From positions 236,220,001 to 236,284,000 of the forward strand of contig OZ024741.1 of the NCBI GenBank assembly GCA_964016885.1: a stretch of DNA of 64,000 nt, given 5' to 3'. Of the stretch, positions 14,844-30,289 are shown piece by piece. The notes below the pieces were generated by a model. That model did not search any database and was not told the origin of the DNA. It saw only the letters and a program-made list of their open reading frames with translations. Origin of the DNA: Eledone cirrhosa. Its lineage: Eukaryota. The position numbers and the translations under genes are program-made. Within the stretch, counting starts at the first letter, position 1. Each line of letters opens with the position of its first letter.

Positions 14844-14898
<55 letters not shown>

Positions 14899-16136
14899 AA
14901 GAGTTACGCAGGGTTCTCCATTCAAAATGGCTACCGAATGCAGTGGGCACATACATTTCTCAAGTTTCCATCCAAAATCTACACCCAGTTTTCCGCCAAG
15001 ATCATAAAGCAGAGAACTTTATTTCCCCTGCCTGGTGTATAGATACGACGGTTTGAGAATGATTGAGGCCATTAGCAAACATGAGAGACACCCGAAGGAA
15101 GCCGGCGGATACAACAATAATAACGCTAATCTGAATAAACCAAGCGGCAAATTGCCAGACGTTAGGGCGTAGAAGTCAACATGTCACTGTATTTGTTCCG
15201 GTTCACTGCGTTCTGAGTTCAATTATTATATATATTTGTAATAATAATAATAAGTAAGCCGGAACGAAGTTACAATTTAGCATTTTATCCTGCCGTCACC
15301 ATCCATACTCATATCACCTCCAACCCTAGCCTCTCTATCCCGTCACCTAGCACCCCCTTTCCTCTCCCCACCACTGAATCTGGACACGCTTGCCCAACCA
15401 CCTTGACCCCTCCGCTCCGCCACTTTCACTCCCTCACGTCCCTGCACTGTAGTCACCATACTCCAGGACCTACCACTCTCCGAAGCCGGCTCTCATCCTT
15501 GTTCCCGTTCCCGCTGCAACACTTGTCCCTTTATTTCCATCCTCACCACTCTTACAGGCCCTAACGGGTCCGCCATTCCTTCACCTGAACATCCACCCAC
15601 GTTGTCTATGCCCTCCGGTGTTCCCTTTGCGGGTCTTTATATATCGGACAAACGGGACGCCGTATGGCAGACCGTTTTGCCGAACATTTGAGGGACATAC
15701 GACTTGGTTTGGATACTCCTGTCGCCCGTCATTTCTGTTCTCCTGGTCATTCTTCCCTACATGTTTCAGTCTTGGGTGTCCTTTTACATCATGGATCACA
15801 GGCCTCGCGCACCAGGCCTCAACAAAGTCTGATTCACCGCTTTGGGTCCTATTCCCCTCTTCGACTCAACTCACCTCCCCAATTTCTCTAATACCCCGTC
15901 CATTATCACACCCCTAGATTCCTATCACTTTCTCTTGATCATTAGCAGCTTCTCTTACAACTAATACAGGCCGACTATATATGCTCACTCCACTTTTCCC
16001 TTCACTGCTCTGTATACACACATACACACCCTTATATTAACATACTTTTGCTCATAGCTTCGTACTTACATGCACACACTCTTTTACTCACATATATATA
16101 CACACCTTTCTTCTTAGCTACGTACGGACGTATAAT

Positions 16137-16263
<127 letters not shown>

Positions 16264-16491
16264 CCTTACACACGTGCATAAGTATAGCTTCTTTTATAAA
16301 ACGGTATTTTTTCCATTTCAGGTAGCCGCGTTCCATCATCCACTTTTCTAAAAAACAAATCATACACAAAACGCCAGCACCAACAGTTTTGCAAGAGATG
16401 TCAACATGAATGGACCTGTTATTTTTTATCTAAAGACTTTTTTCAAATTCCATCCCGCCCGTCCCCTTAATCTATCTTATTTCTCATTCTT

Positions 16492-16527
16492 TCTTCTGAT
16501 GAAGGACTAGCGTCCGAAACGTTAAGA
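16492..16527 (+). ncRNA. Minimal type-I hammerhead ribozyme (pLTR)
   Basis: tctt CTGATGA a GGAC tagc GTCC GAA ACGT t aaga; palindromic stem III ACGU. Confidence 0.85.
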
Positions 16528-17443
16528 CCCTCTTCCTGTTATATCAAGCTTTAACCTAATATATCCCTTCCATATACTGTACCGATTGTGTTGTTGTTTC
16601 TGTTTACCTTTTACATACATATATATATATATACCAACGCTTACGTGGACCTCTCAAAATTCGTTGGATTTTCTGATTGGATTTTCAACCCGGAACTGGA
16701 TACCAGCCCGCAGTACACCTGAACTTTCACCAGGAAATCTTTCGTATCTTTGAAATTTTCTTTGCTTCTTGCATTTAAGTATTCCACGACTCTCTACCAC
16801 TTTTCCTCTACTACAATCTTCTTACACCACCTTCTCACCCGTCTATTTTTCACTGCCACCCTAGTACCTTCAATATGCCCAAACTCAAATCTTTTCTCCG
16901 CCAGCTCCATTCTACTCTCAGACGCTTCCTACAACCCCCCCCCCCCCCCATATGCATCCACTCCTCCCTGCATCTCTCCAACCTCATCTTCACCAAAACA
17001 TGATACAACAGTCACATCACATTTTTAAGTCGCTGTCTCCACCACCACCTCATTTCCCGCGGTTTCCGCATCAAGTTTAACCCCACCTCTTACTCTGCTC
17101 CCACCACTGAGCCCATCCTTACCCGCTCCTTTCGCCAGATCATGCGGGCGACCATTCGATCAGCTCTCACCCAAATCCGTTCTCTCGACCGAGATCTCCC
17201 CAAGGCCTACCTCCATCTCTCCTCCACTTGCCACCCTTTCCTCGCCCAATCCTTTATCCAATTCAGCCTTTACCTCAATCGCCTCCTTTTCAATTTCCTC
17301 ACTTCCGTAAAAAACCACAAACTCGACTTTCTCCGCTCATCGCCTGCCGTTACCACCCATACTCATATCACCTCCAACCCTAACCTCTCTATCCCGTCAC
17401 CTACCACCACTTTCCTCTCCCCACAACTGAATCTGCACGCGCT

Positions 17444-18121
17444 TTGCCCAACCACCTTGATCTCTCCACCTCCCCCTCTTTCACTCCCTCACGTCCCTGC
17501 ACTGAAGTCACCAAACCCCAGGACCTACCACTCTCCGAAGCTGAACACTCCTTTCTCGCCCGTGGTTTGCGTTTTATACCAACCACATCTACCTGCGACG
17601 AGTTCCGCACACGTGCCGAGACTGAAGGGTTCTTCCGTCGATTAAAGCTGAAAGTTTTTTTTCACGACACGCCATCATCGACACAGACGGATGACTTCCC
17701 TCGTCTCAGTCGCCGGCAATCACATTGGACGCCGAGCACTGGCTAGTTCAGCACCCTCGACTCTTTTGTCGATACTTGCTCTAATGGGTCTTTCCGTATC
17801 CGCCATTCCTTCACCTGCACATCCAACCACGTTGTCTATGCCCTCCGGTGTTCCCTTTGCGGGTCTTTATATATCGGACAAACGGGACGCCGTTTGGCGG
17901 ACCGTTTTGCTGAACATTTGAGGGACATACGACTCGGTTTGGATACTCCTGTCGCCCGTCATTTCTGTTCTCCTGGTAATTCTTCCTTACATGTTTCAGT
18001 CCTGGGTGTCCTTTTACATCATGGATCACAGGCCTCGCGCACCAGGCCTCAACAAAGTCTGATTCACCGCTTTGGGTCCTATTCCCCTCTTCGACTCAAC
18101 TCACCTCCCCAATTTCTCTAA
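17444..18121 (+). pseudogene. PLE N-terminal domain fused in frame to GIY-YIG endonuclease (RT deleted; one TAG at 17744)
   Basis: ORFs 17444-17746 and 17894-18121 share a frame and are separated by a single stop. Confidence 0.75.
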
Positions 18122-18623
18122 TACCCCGTCCATTATCACACCCCTAGATTCCTATCACTTTCTCTTGATCATTAGCAGCTTCTCTTACAACTAATACAGG
18201 CCGACTATATATGCTCACTCCACTTTTCCCTTCACTGCTCTGTATACACACATACACACCCTTATATTAACATACTTTTGCTCATAGCTTCGTACTTACA
18301 TGCACACACTCTTTTACTCACATATATATACACACCTTTCTTCTTAGCTACGTACGGACGTATAATACCACACACACACACACACACACACACATGCTTA
18401 CGCACGTGCATAAGTATAGCTTCTTTTATAAAACGGTATTTTTTCCATTTCAGGTAGACGCGTTCCATCATCCACTTTTCTAAAAAACAAATCATACACA
18501 AAACGCCAGCACCAACAGTTTTGCAAGAGATGTCAACATGAATGAACCTGTTATTTTTATCTAAAGACATTTTTTCCAATTCCACCCCACCCGTCCCCTC
18601 AATCTATCTTATTTCTCATTCTT

Positions 18624-18659
18624 TCTTCTGATGAAGGACTAGCGTCCGAAACGTTAAGA
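18624..18659 (+). ncRNA. Minimal hammerhead ribozyme (second pLTR copy)
   Basis: Identical to 16492-16527; a CCGATGA variant lies at 20521-20552 (-). Confidence 0.85.
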
Positions 18660-18764
18660 CCCTCTTCCTGCTATATCAAGCGTTAACCTAATATATCCCT
18701 TCCATATACTGTACCGATTGTGTTGTTATTTCTGTTTACCTTTTACATGCACATATATATATAG

Positions 18765-18946
18765 GTACGTTATTCCGGGTTGAATCGGAGGTAACCACAG
18801 TAAGTAAAGTACTCAATACATAGCAGAGTAAAAAGTTTTAATATAGATGAGATTCTACAGGACTAGAACTGATTTATTCTTTACAAATCATCATGAGGAT
18901 TTCTAAAGAATGAAACAGTTCTAGTCCTGTAGAATCTCATCTATAT
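18765..18946 (-). mobile_element. Short fold-back pLTR-type element
   Basis: Inverted arms 18841-18871 / 18916-18946; related copies at 24136-24300 and 24340-24430. Confidence 0.7.
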
Positions 18947-19940
18947 ATATATATTGTGTGTGGAGACTTTCGTTGGATTGAATCTGGAACTGAATCTTGA
19001 ACACATTATAATTTACGGCCTGGGACCTTATACTTAGAGGGATTTTTTTATGTATAAATCCAACATGTAATTCATGTGACTGGATCTGATGTTACGTTTG
19101 AGTGATAATTTATATCCAAACTATTTTGTAATTTTGAATGATCTACATATGTGTTATTTAGACGGATTAGTTTTCTACCGACAATCCCACTTCTATTTAA
19201 CATTCGGGAAATATGTAACCAATTGGTCTAGCCTATACGGTTGGTTTGCTTGTGCATAGCTTGCTTTTTATGTCGTGCCTGTCTATATACTTGTTAAACT
19301 CAGCTCTATCCTGTATTAACCACAATTTGCTTGTGTATGGCTTGCACTTATGTGATACCTACCTACATGCTTGTGGAGCACCCATTGGCTACGTAATTCG
19401 GGTACCTACCAGTATACCTTGTGTATGTATAACATGGCGGGGATTCTGATTACTGTGGCCTTTCTGGATGTACCGTAAGGACCTCTTAATGCTTATATAA
19501 TTATAAGTTACGGAGATCCTATTCACTCGTTTTATTAGGGACCAGCGCTTAAATTCCTCTGGCTTCTTTATGTGCTTAAAACATTTTTCTTCTTTGTTTT
19601 TATTTCTTTAAAAAAAAAAAAAATTTTATTTTTTACTTTTTTAATTTTTTAACTTTTTACTTTTTATCTCTTTATATTATCTTCCTTTTATTTTTTTATT
19701 ATTTTATTATTATTTTTTATTATGTTTTAACCATTGCCTGTATCTTTTGCTTTTGTGTGCCATCAATTATATCTGCATTTTGTGGAATCCGCTTGTGCCC
19801 TGGCATTTAGCTGTGGTGCTTAACAACCCCGACATGTACCCCCTCCTTATTCGCCATCTCCTAGCTCCCTATATTTACCCTCTTTTGCATTCCGATTGTT
19901 CGTGTGACTAGGCTTTGTGGAGCTTATACTCAGCACTGTG

Positions 19941-20000
19941 TTTATTAAGCTCTGAGGATTCTTACCAAACGGTATGGATGAAACATTGTAAGCAAATAAA
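19941..20000 (+). ncRNA. Hammerhead ribozyme at the 3' end of a probable decayed PLE (18955-20037)
   Basis: gct CTGAGGA t TCTTACC aaac GGTATGGA t GAA ACA t TGT A agc. Confidence 0.75.
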
Positions 20001-20033
20001 AACTTTTTGAGTATGTAAGCGTTCTTTGGTTTC

Positions 20034-20118
<85 letters not shown>

Positions 20119-20274
20119 ATCAATCACACGTGACACGCGTTTCGTATTTTACTGCATGTTGCGGCTCCCCAAAACCGGTGACGACACAAACGAATCGTAC
20201 GTTAGTACCTGAATCCACGTAATAACATTGAGTACTCAAACTGGTGAACCAACAGTAATTTAACGTTACATACC

Positions 20275-20316
<42 letters not shown>

Positions 20317-20322
20317 GCGCAC

Positions 20323-20426
<104 letters not shown>

Positions 20427-20702
20427 TATATGTAAAAAGCAAACAGAAATAGCAAACCAAACGACAGTACAATGAAGAAATATATTATTAGTTTTACGCT
20501 TGATATAGTAGGAAAAGTTTCAACATTTCGGACGCTAGTCCTTCATCGGAAAATAGAATGAGAAATTAAAGAAGAAATAGAAAGATTGAGGAGACGGGCA
20601 AGGCGGAAACGGAAAAATTATTTTAGAGAAAAATAACAGGTATATATATACATACATATATATATACATACATATATATATACATACATATATATATATA
20701 TG

Positions 20703-20740
<38 letters not shown>

Positions 20741-20747
<7 letters not shown>

Positions 20748-20990
20748 TAAAATAACAGATTAAAGTTTAAGCAAAGAATCGCTGCTTTCACCCTTAACGG
20801 GATCTTCTGAAACTGACAAAGTCAATCTGTTTCAGAAGATCCCGTTAAGGGTGAAAGCAGCGATTCTTTGCTTAAACTTTAATCTGTTATTTTAATAAAT
20901 ATTTGCTCTACGGTTCTTATATATTTGATATATATTTATCCTTATCGAGCCCTCTTTGGATTTTAGTCTTCAAATATATTATTATTACTA
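20741..20990 (+). mobile_element. Fold-back solo pLTR of the Naiad family at 47735-49750
   Basis: ~70-bp inverted repeat 20741-20812 / 20829-20901; 20885-20990 is the reverse complement of 49556-49660; HHR-like CAGAAGA-tCCCgttaaGGGt-GAAA. Confidence 0.8.
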
Positions 20991-21198
20991 TATATATATA
21001 TATATATATATAAATTTCTATACCTTTCATTTATATATATATATATATATATACAGTTGAGCTTTTTAAGTTGAAAGGTTATAGGCTGCTATTTCCAGCG
21101 ATTTCTTCATCCTTACAAGCCACTATGTACTGTCTGGCGCGCATGTTTTCGTCTCTTCTCTCACCATGTGCGATATTTCAGTTATACCCCCCCCCCCC

Positions 21199-21251
<53 letters not shown>

Positions 21252-21326
21252 TACACAGTGAAAACATATATACACAGTGAAAGAGTGAAGAATGACATGG
21301 TCGGCTGTACAAAAAGGGTTTATTTA

Positions 21327-21439
21327 CAGTATTAACAATTGTTTCATTAATCAGGTGAGTCTAAAGGCCGCTACTCGCTAGAAATTACGTCACTCGACCT
21401 TAATTACAGTGTGTGTCTGATCAAATCATCGGAATACTG
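21327..21439 (-). ncRNA. Hammerhead ribozyme variant with long stem II insertion
   Basis: CAGTATT CCGATGA t TTGATCAG..~60 nt..CTGATTAA t GAA ACAATTGT t AATACTG; within fold-back 21275-21547. Confidence 0.7.
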
Positions 21440-21582
21440 AAGGATGTAATACAGGGCACTGGTATTTATAGATACATTCTCCGATGTATCTATATACCAG
21501 TGTTGCACCCTATAGTATTTCGACGATTTGATCAGGGACACACTGTAGAGAGATAGACAAGTAGATAGATGTTGGGCGTGAG

Positions 21583-21951
21583 TTAACCCTTACACTACCA
21601 TATTTCTATGTAGTTGAATTAATTAATGATGATTTGATCAATGAGCAAGATTTACTAAAATCATATTATTTCATTATTAAGATGGCATTTATCCATTCTC
21701 GCAGTGGTGCAATGCTAGCGCAGCTACCTGGGATACGGCAGGTGCCAGTTCGAATTCTAACTGGCGATGATTTATAGGCTATGTGCCAATGTTAGAACGA
21801 ATTAAGACAGATTTGTAACATGACTTGACAAAAAGGTCTCATATCAAATTATATTGGAAGATTTTAATTTAAATAGGAGCCCTTCAGAATGAGTGGTTTT
21901 GTTTCGTAGATGATGAGGCGGTTTTAGGTGGATTGGTATGAACAGGGTTAA
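21583..21951. mobile_element. piggyBac-like MITE
   Basis: TTAA-CCCT ... AGGG-TTAA termini. Confidence 0.45.
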
Positions 21952-23002
21952 TTAGTATATAATAATAAATGGAATGGAAACAATCTAACTTTATGGTTTT
22001 AAGAAAGATTTCAGAGAACATTATTGAAGATGACACCTGAAGATGTCAGGAGAGTACAACGAGCGAGACAGATATAGTAGATAGAGTGATTCTCAAATAG
22101 GAGGCACTTCTCAAATCCTAGGAGAAGAATTTAACGAAGGGTGAAATTGTGTGTGTAAAGGAATGCCAGTCAGGAGAGGAATCCAAACAGAGAAAGAACA
22201 GCATATATTATATGGATATTAAAATGCGGTATGATTGCTTTCATTGCATCTGACCATATTGCAGTTTCTAAGTCGTCTTATTTGCGCCAGTCACCAATTT
22301 AGTAATTTTCTCAGACCCGCGAAGAGGCTTGTAACTACATAGCTGGGTTGTGAAAGTTTCGTTGGGAGTTAACAATGTCACCTATTAGTTTACCGCTGTT
22401 GGTCCGGGGCTGCTTATTCGTCCGGCAGGAGCCCGCTTACATTACAACTAACCATCTTATCTGGTGCCTGTATCACTATCTGCCACCTGCGACCCGTTCT
22501 CTAGCAGAACAGCTCTGTCGAGAATATATCAAAATAAAATACCAATATAACCAACTATAGAAGCGATCTCAAAATAACGACAGTTGAAAATAAAGGGGGG
22601 AAAAAAAAACTGCTGCTATAGACATAATCCTATTTGGGACTCTACAATATATATTGAGGTTTGGAAAGCTTGCTCAAGTAAAACATTACCAGATGACTAT
22701 TCAAAATAGGAGGGGGGTTTGAGAAAACTTTGAATTGCAAAGTGGGAGACTGTAACCTGGATCTCAGGGAAACACAGGGATAGATAGATATAGGAAGCGT
22801 CTAGAAGTCAACATGGATATTCACTAAGATGGGAATTAAAACCCATCTTTATTAAATATTGGTATTTTTTTTTTAGATAATGTATAATTTCAGGAAGTTT
22901 GTGTTTGACAAATAAACAGATTGAAACAAGGGAGCAAAAATTGTGTTCATATATTATAGATACATAAATATATGACACAAATTTATGTTGGTGTCAATAA
23001 TG

Positions 23003-23042
<40 letters not shown>

Positions 23043-23055
23043 CATACATACATAC

Positions 23056-23197
<142 letters not shown>

Positions 23198-23251
23198 ATA
23201 CATACATACATACATATATATATATATACATACATATATATATATATATAT

Positions 23252-23295
<44 letters not shown>

Positions 23296-23816
23296 GAAAA
23301 GAGTGTGCGTGTATGCATACATATGTATATGAATATGTATATATGCGTATATGTATGTGTCAGTATATATTTCTATTGACACATATACATATATATTAGA
23401 TACATACATGTGTGTGTGTAGAAAAAAACTGCATTTTCTACGAAATGTTCAGAGTAAAGCGATGACAAGTGGAAGTAAGGTTGCCTCAACTGTGCGTAGG
23501 TATGGTAGTGTTAGCTTATGTATATGGTATGTGTGTAAGTATATATATGTGTGTATGCGTAAGAGTGTGTGTGCGTATAACGCCATGTAAACCTTTCATT
23601 TACTGCTTGCCATATGTGTATATCTCTAGGCTGGCGTGTGACTATTTAAAAGTATACACATACATACTAATGTACATACACACGCACACACATTTACATA
23701 CACACTCATACAGTCACACACATATACACTTACATACGCATTATGTAAACCTGTATGTATATACGAATATCTGTATATTATATATACAGTATATATATAT
23801 ATATATATATATATAT

Positions 23817-24027
23817 AACGAAGGAATTGTGGTAAGGAACCAGATGGACCATAACGCTCCAAAGTACTCAATACTTAGGGTAGTAGAGTGGGTAATAGGA
23901 ACAAGTATGACCCCGACGGCAGAGCTCAAGCCGTTTCGACGGCTATTTCTGGACTAAATAAATTCTTATTTAGTCCAGAAATAGCCGTCGAAACGGCTTG
24001 AGCTCTGCCGTCGGGGTCATACTTGTT

Positions 24028-24032
<5 letters not shown>
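23817..24032 (-). mobile_element. Perfect fold-back element (67-bp arms) containing the 3' half of an HHR
   Basis: Inverted repeat 23895-23961 / 23966-24032; GAA ACGGC ttgagctct GCCGT C; family copies at 42513-42600 and 54022-54210, diverged relative at 29360-29470. Confidence 0.8.
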
Positions 24033-24076
<44 letters not shown>

Positions 24077-24147
24077 ATGTGTTTATGTATGTTTGTCTGT
24101 GTGTGAGTGTGTGCATCATATTTATTATAGACATGGCTACTACAGGA

Positions 24148-24180
24148 GTAGAACTGTTTCATTCAAATGAAATCATCAGG
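24148..24180 (-). ncRNA. Minimal hammerhead core
   Basis: CTGATGA t TTC attt GAA t GAAACAGTTC; stem I cut by the inversion junction. Confidence 0.55.
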
Positions 24181-24600
24181 ATGATAATTTCTTTTGAATG
24201 AAGCAGTTTTCGTCCTGTTGAAGTCATTTCTATATTAAGCCTTACTAATGTATTGAGTACCTTACTTACTGTGGTTAGCCCGATTCTACCCGGTACTCAC
24301 ACACACATACATATATATATATGTGAGAGGGTTGTCAGAACAGAATGAAATAGTACTAGTCCTGTAGAAGTTATACATATACACTTTCAACATGATGTAT
24401 TGAGTACTTCATTTTAACTGTAGTCTTAGCCGTCCCTTAATAGAAAACCATTATACTCTTAACAGGTATGCGCAACCATAGGTTCCGGGGTCCAGTTATG
24501 GCCACCACCATATAGTGGAGGCTCCGTTCTCAAACTGGCCTCACTCATTAGGCACAAGGACAAATATTATACGTACATTCAGACATACATACATATATAT

Positions 24601-24653
<53 letters not shown>

Positions 24654-24675
24654 TATACATATATATATATATATA

Positions 24676-24758
<83 letters not shown>

Positions 24759-24781
24759 CACACATATACATATATATACAT

Positions 24782-24826
<45 letters not shown>

Positions 24827-24848
24827 TATACATATATATATACATACA

Positions 24849-24918
<70 letters not shown>

Positions 24919-24947
24919 TATACATATATATATATATATACACATAC

Positions 24948-25032
<85 letters not shown>

Positions 25033-25091
25033 CATACATATATATATATATATACCCACATATATACATATATATATATATATACACATAC

Positions 25092-25140
<49 letters not shown>

Positions 25141-25169
25141 TATACATATATATATATATATATATACAC

Positions 25170-25212
<43 letters not shown>

Positions 25213-25250
25213 TACATATATATATATATACACACACATACATACATACA

Positions 25251-25286
<36 letters not shown>

Positions 25287-25431
25287 CACATACACACACA
25301 TATATATATATAGATGTATACATCCATATGTATGTATGTATGTATGTATTTGTGTGCGTGTGTGTGTGTGTGTATGAATGCGTGCGTGCGGATAAAGAGA
25401 GAGATGTGGTAGCAAATAGATTGAATGGTAC

Positions 25432-25503
<72 letters not shown>

Positions 25504-25712
25504 TATATCTTAAAAAGTGCATATACTTATTATTGTATGTGCATCTGCATTTTAATTTAGCTTTGTGTGTATATGTGTGTATATATTGTATACTATATGG
25601 TAACGTTGGAATGGGGTATATTTGTGAGTATCCCTATGTAAACTGTATTTGATTTGTGGGTGTGTATATATCTGTGCGTATTTGTGTATATATATATATA
25701 TATATATATATT

Positions 25713-25777
<65 letters not shown>

Positions 25778-26299
25778 ATACATATATACACGTATTCTCT
25801 CATAAATATATATATATATATATATATATAAATGTGTGTGAGTATGTGTGAATGTTCCACATTATGTAAATATATACTACTCACACTTCCCCCTCCCTTC
25901 CACTCATTCTATATAGCTACATATATATTGTGTATGTGTGTGCGTGTACGCATGCGTGTCTACACGTATGTGTTGTATTATGCACTCTAAATTTAAACAC
26001 ATACATATGACCTACTTGGAAGCTGGTTGTCAGGCACATACTTCACTCTGCTATTAAATATCTACACACAACACACCACACGCCACACAATTCAATATAT
26101 GCATCCATCCATACACACACACATGTATATATATATATATGTGTGTGTGCGTGTGTTTTACATGTCTATAAATGTTTTCATGTTTGCAAATGCATGTATA
26201 TATATATATATATAATGCATGTATATATATATATATATATATATTTAGTTTCTCGCTAAAACAATTTCATTACCTTTCATTTATATATATATATATATA

Positions 26300-26340
<41 letters not shown>

Positions 26341-26629
26341 ATGTGTGTGTGTGTGCGTGTGTGTGTATCTGTGTGTGCGGTGTATATGTATACAAAGAGA
26401 GAGAAAGGATGAGGGAATGAGTGTACGTATCGCAACTATAATAGTATACTTCTGTAATGCTATATGTATCAAGCAGTGGATAAGAGTGTATGTATGTGAG
26501 TAGTAGTAGTAGGTTTAGTATTAATGGTGATGGTGGTGATGGTGGCGTGACTCTGGCATCTGAATACATTTGTGTGCATATGTAGCTATATGAATTGAAT
26601 ACGATAATGGGTTAAACAGGGTGTATGTA

Positions 26630-26727
<98 letters not shown>

Positions 26728-26738
26728 CATACACACAC

Positions 26739-26770
<32 letters not shown>

Positions 26771-26832
26771 GTGTGTGTGTATGTATGTATATATATATAA
26801 TTATGTATGTATATATGTGTGCATATATATAT

Positions 26833-27011
26833 CAGGGTGGGCTGAAAAGATCATAGGCTGACCAAAATACTCTCAGGGAATGACCAAATGAGGTTTATTT
26901 TTCAACATAAGTTCCTGGGAAGAAACAATGCACTTGTTAATGCATGCAAGATTTCACAGTTCTAGCATCACTCCTCCATAGTAAACCTATGAACTTGTTA
27001 GCCAACCCTCG
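26833..27011. mobile_element. Tc1/mariner-type MITE
   Basis: TIRs agggtgggctgaaaagatcatagg / cctatgaacttgttagccaaccct, in TA context. Confidence 0.65.
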
Positions 27012-27099
<88 letters not shown>

Positions 27100-27746
27100 C
27101 ATATGTAAAGACTATCAGCAGAAAATATACAGTTACGTAAGACGACCAGACAGCTGCATAAGCACCTCGTCAGCCACCTTGCTGGCGCGCTATTTCACAC
27201 ATTAAGGTGGTACTACACTTGTAATACCAGTTTGTGCAACAGATTGAAGAACCCCTCTGTTGGTTAGATGCATGTGAGACGATAGCAAAACAAAAAGCGC
27301 ACGCCATTTCTCGATAAAATTTAAATACCTGTACAGGTGCGATGAAAGCATTTCTGAATTTGGCGGCAAATCTGGACAATTTAGTTGCAGTGATTAGTTT
27401 AGCTCTTTGCACTTTAAAATGGTCAGAAAATTTCGTTATGCGATAAACGTAACATGTACATAAATTGTAGCGCATATCCAAATAGATGTGTGTTTTGGTA
27501 GTTTGGGGAGAAAATATAATTATTGGGGGGGGGGGGTCTATCCCTCCTCCACCAGTTCCACCGCCACTGTATATATACGATTAAAAAAAATACTCTGTGC
27601 CCTTTCCTAAGGGGTTAATATATCGAGCTACTTCGCATTTGGTAAGAAACTGGTATTATACCCAATTTATTCATCTCCTATATGTATATATATATTGGTG
27701 AGCTTTGTTATTCTAAAGTTTCACCTGCGCACTCACAGGATCACCA

Positions 27747-27791
27747 GTCTTGACTGATGAGTTCGTGGGTGAGACTCCAGAGTAACAAGGC
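27747..27791 (+). ncRNA. Degenerate hammerhead motif
   Basis: gtcttga CTGATGA gttcgtgggt GAG ACTC ca GAGT A acaaggc (A14G, weak stem II). Confidence 0.45.
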
Positions 27792-28218
27792 TTACCCATA
27801 ATAAATGAATATTTAAACTCTACTTCGGTATTGAGTTTTTATTCTTACGTCCGTCAATAATTCACGTTTTGTCAGGTCTTGAATAACCGTCCCCGCCACG
27901 TACCGTTCCTCTCTGACAGATAACTCCCCTCCCCCCCGGAAAACCCCCCCAGTTGATGGATGCGAATCCGAAATATAGGGACAATTAAATCTCTCCCCAA
28001 GGTAACTCTATCTCGGGTTATTATTTTTATTTTTTACGCTCTTTCCTACATTCCTCTACACACTATACATCTCATTCTACATTCCCTTACATCTCTCTTC
28101 ACCACCGGATTCTGTTACACGGAGATTTACCCATCTGCATTGTTGAGGCTTCCGAAACGACAAAAAAAATCATTTATTATTCCACATGCTTCAAGCAAAC
28201 TTCAAACTTCAATACTCT

Positions 28219-28286
<68 letters not shown>

Positions 28287-28515
28287 TTCTTTTTTCTCCA
28301 TGCATTTCTCTCTCTCCGATATTTCTCCACGTTTTTTTCTTTTTTATTTCTTTTTCTTTTTTCTCTCTCTCCGTCTTTTTTCTTTTTCTAATTGTCCTTA
28401 ACACTAAGACTTATTAAAATAATATAAACAATTCACTATCCAGATGGCTTCCAAAAATAATGGTTGCATTTTAAAAGGGTACGTCAAAGCTTATTTGTAA
28501 AACTGTTATATATTG

Positions 28516-28580
28516 TATTTTGTCTGATGAAGGCATACCATAATTTAATTTGGTATCCCTGAAATATGTATAATGAAATA
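28516..28580 (+). ncRNA. Hammerhead ribozyme
   Basis: tattttgt CTGATGA AGGcATACCA..TGGTATcCCT GAA ATAtgTAT A atgaaata. Confidence 0.8.
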
Positions 28581-28619
28581 AATATGGTTTTATAAATATA
28601 GTTTCCATTTATTAATATC

Positions 28620-28725
<106 letters not shown>

Positions 28726-28758
28726 ATATATATATATATACATACATATATATATATA

Positions 28759-28930
<172 letters not shown>

Positions 28931-29290
28931 CATATATATATATATATATATACACACACATACACACACACATATATATATATATATACAAAACTACTAC
29001 TTCTGTCAGCCAACTAACAGAGAAAGAAGGACAAACACCGACAGAGATATGAACTTTCCTCTCTAAATATGTATGTAAAAACTAATAATTGTTCTTCCCC
29101 CTTTTATTATTCGTATAAATATGCCAAATCAGCTACATTATGCATACCCGCAGTTGAAAAAGCATATAATGCTGAAACCGCTATTACTAAATGCGGAAAT
29201 ACCCACTTTATAAATAAATGTTTTGATATTATACTGAAAGAATCTCTTCAGCATTTTCTACTGAAAAAATCTTTTTCCTCTCTACTATTT

Positions 29291-29330
<40 letters not shown>

Positions 29331-29803
29331 TTATTTATTTACCAGTGTGCATTTTCACGTCACCGTTGAAACGGAGTGAGCTCAGCCGTCGGGCACTAAC
29401 CTTTAACTATACACTCTACTTTCGCAAGTATCGAGTATTGAGGTGAATATGGACTTACTAGTCTAACTGGTAACTTCCTATCTATCTATCTATATATATA
29501 TATATTCATTTTATTAACGCTAAATAGTGGGCCTTGTTACCAGAGGCTAATTTTCGCCTTATTGTAGTTTTTCCAAATTGAAGGATGAGTATTTTAGACT
29601 TTATTTTATCATGAGTTATTGATTTTTCCCTGGATTTCACTAAATTCTGTTGGATGAATCTATATCCTGATTCTTTTTGAATTGAGTTTGAATTATTTTT
29701 CCCACATCTTACGTTAATTATTTTCCCATTTTGACGCTATAGTCACTTATATATTATGGAATACTATTGGCTTCTTGCTACAATATGTTCTATACTTTTC
29801 ATT

Positions 29804-29841
<38 letters not shown>

Positions 29842-29842
<1 letters not shown>

Positions 29843-30145
29843 TAAAAGATGGTTAAAGAAGTTCCATATATTTTATTATGCGCATTTCGAAAACAAAATC
29901 ATCCTGGGGCAAAAATTATGTTCACATCAGATAAAATAAGGTAACTTTCCTGTTGACAAGTGTTTTTTGGCCTCGTATCATGTTACCTTATTTTATCTGA
30001 TGAGAAGACAATTTTTGTCCCAGGATGATGTTGTTTTCGAAATGCGCATAATAAAATATATGGAACTTCTTTAACCATCTTTTAATTTCTTCTTTAATAT
30101 ATACTCCAGTTCTACCAATTGTTGAGTGCTACTTATCTGATATAT
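29842..30145 (+). mobile_element. Fold-back pLTR-type element
   Basis: ~104-bp inverted arms 29842-29945 / 29982-30085; relative at 54877-55010. Confidence 0.8.
29989..30058 (+). ncRNA. Hammerhead ribozyme
   Basis: TATTTTAT CTGATGA GAAGACAAT..GTTGTTTTC GAA ATGCGCAT A ATAAAATA; homologue at 54901-54972 (-). Confidence 0.85.
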
Positions 30146-30179
30146 GCATAGTTTTATTGTTCTACAATATTACTCACCT

Positions 30180-30274
<95 letters not shown>

Positions 30275-30289
30275 CTATCTATCTATCTA

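Noticed and set aside
15586-15590. TGA at a Cys codon as possible selenocysteine (some Naiads encode selenoproteins)
   Set aside because: It lies in a decayed Neptune-type copy and the sister copy has TGC; I saw no in-frame TGA at Cys positions in the Naiad ORFs here
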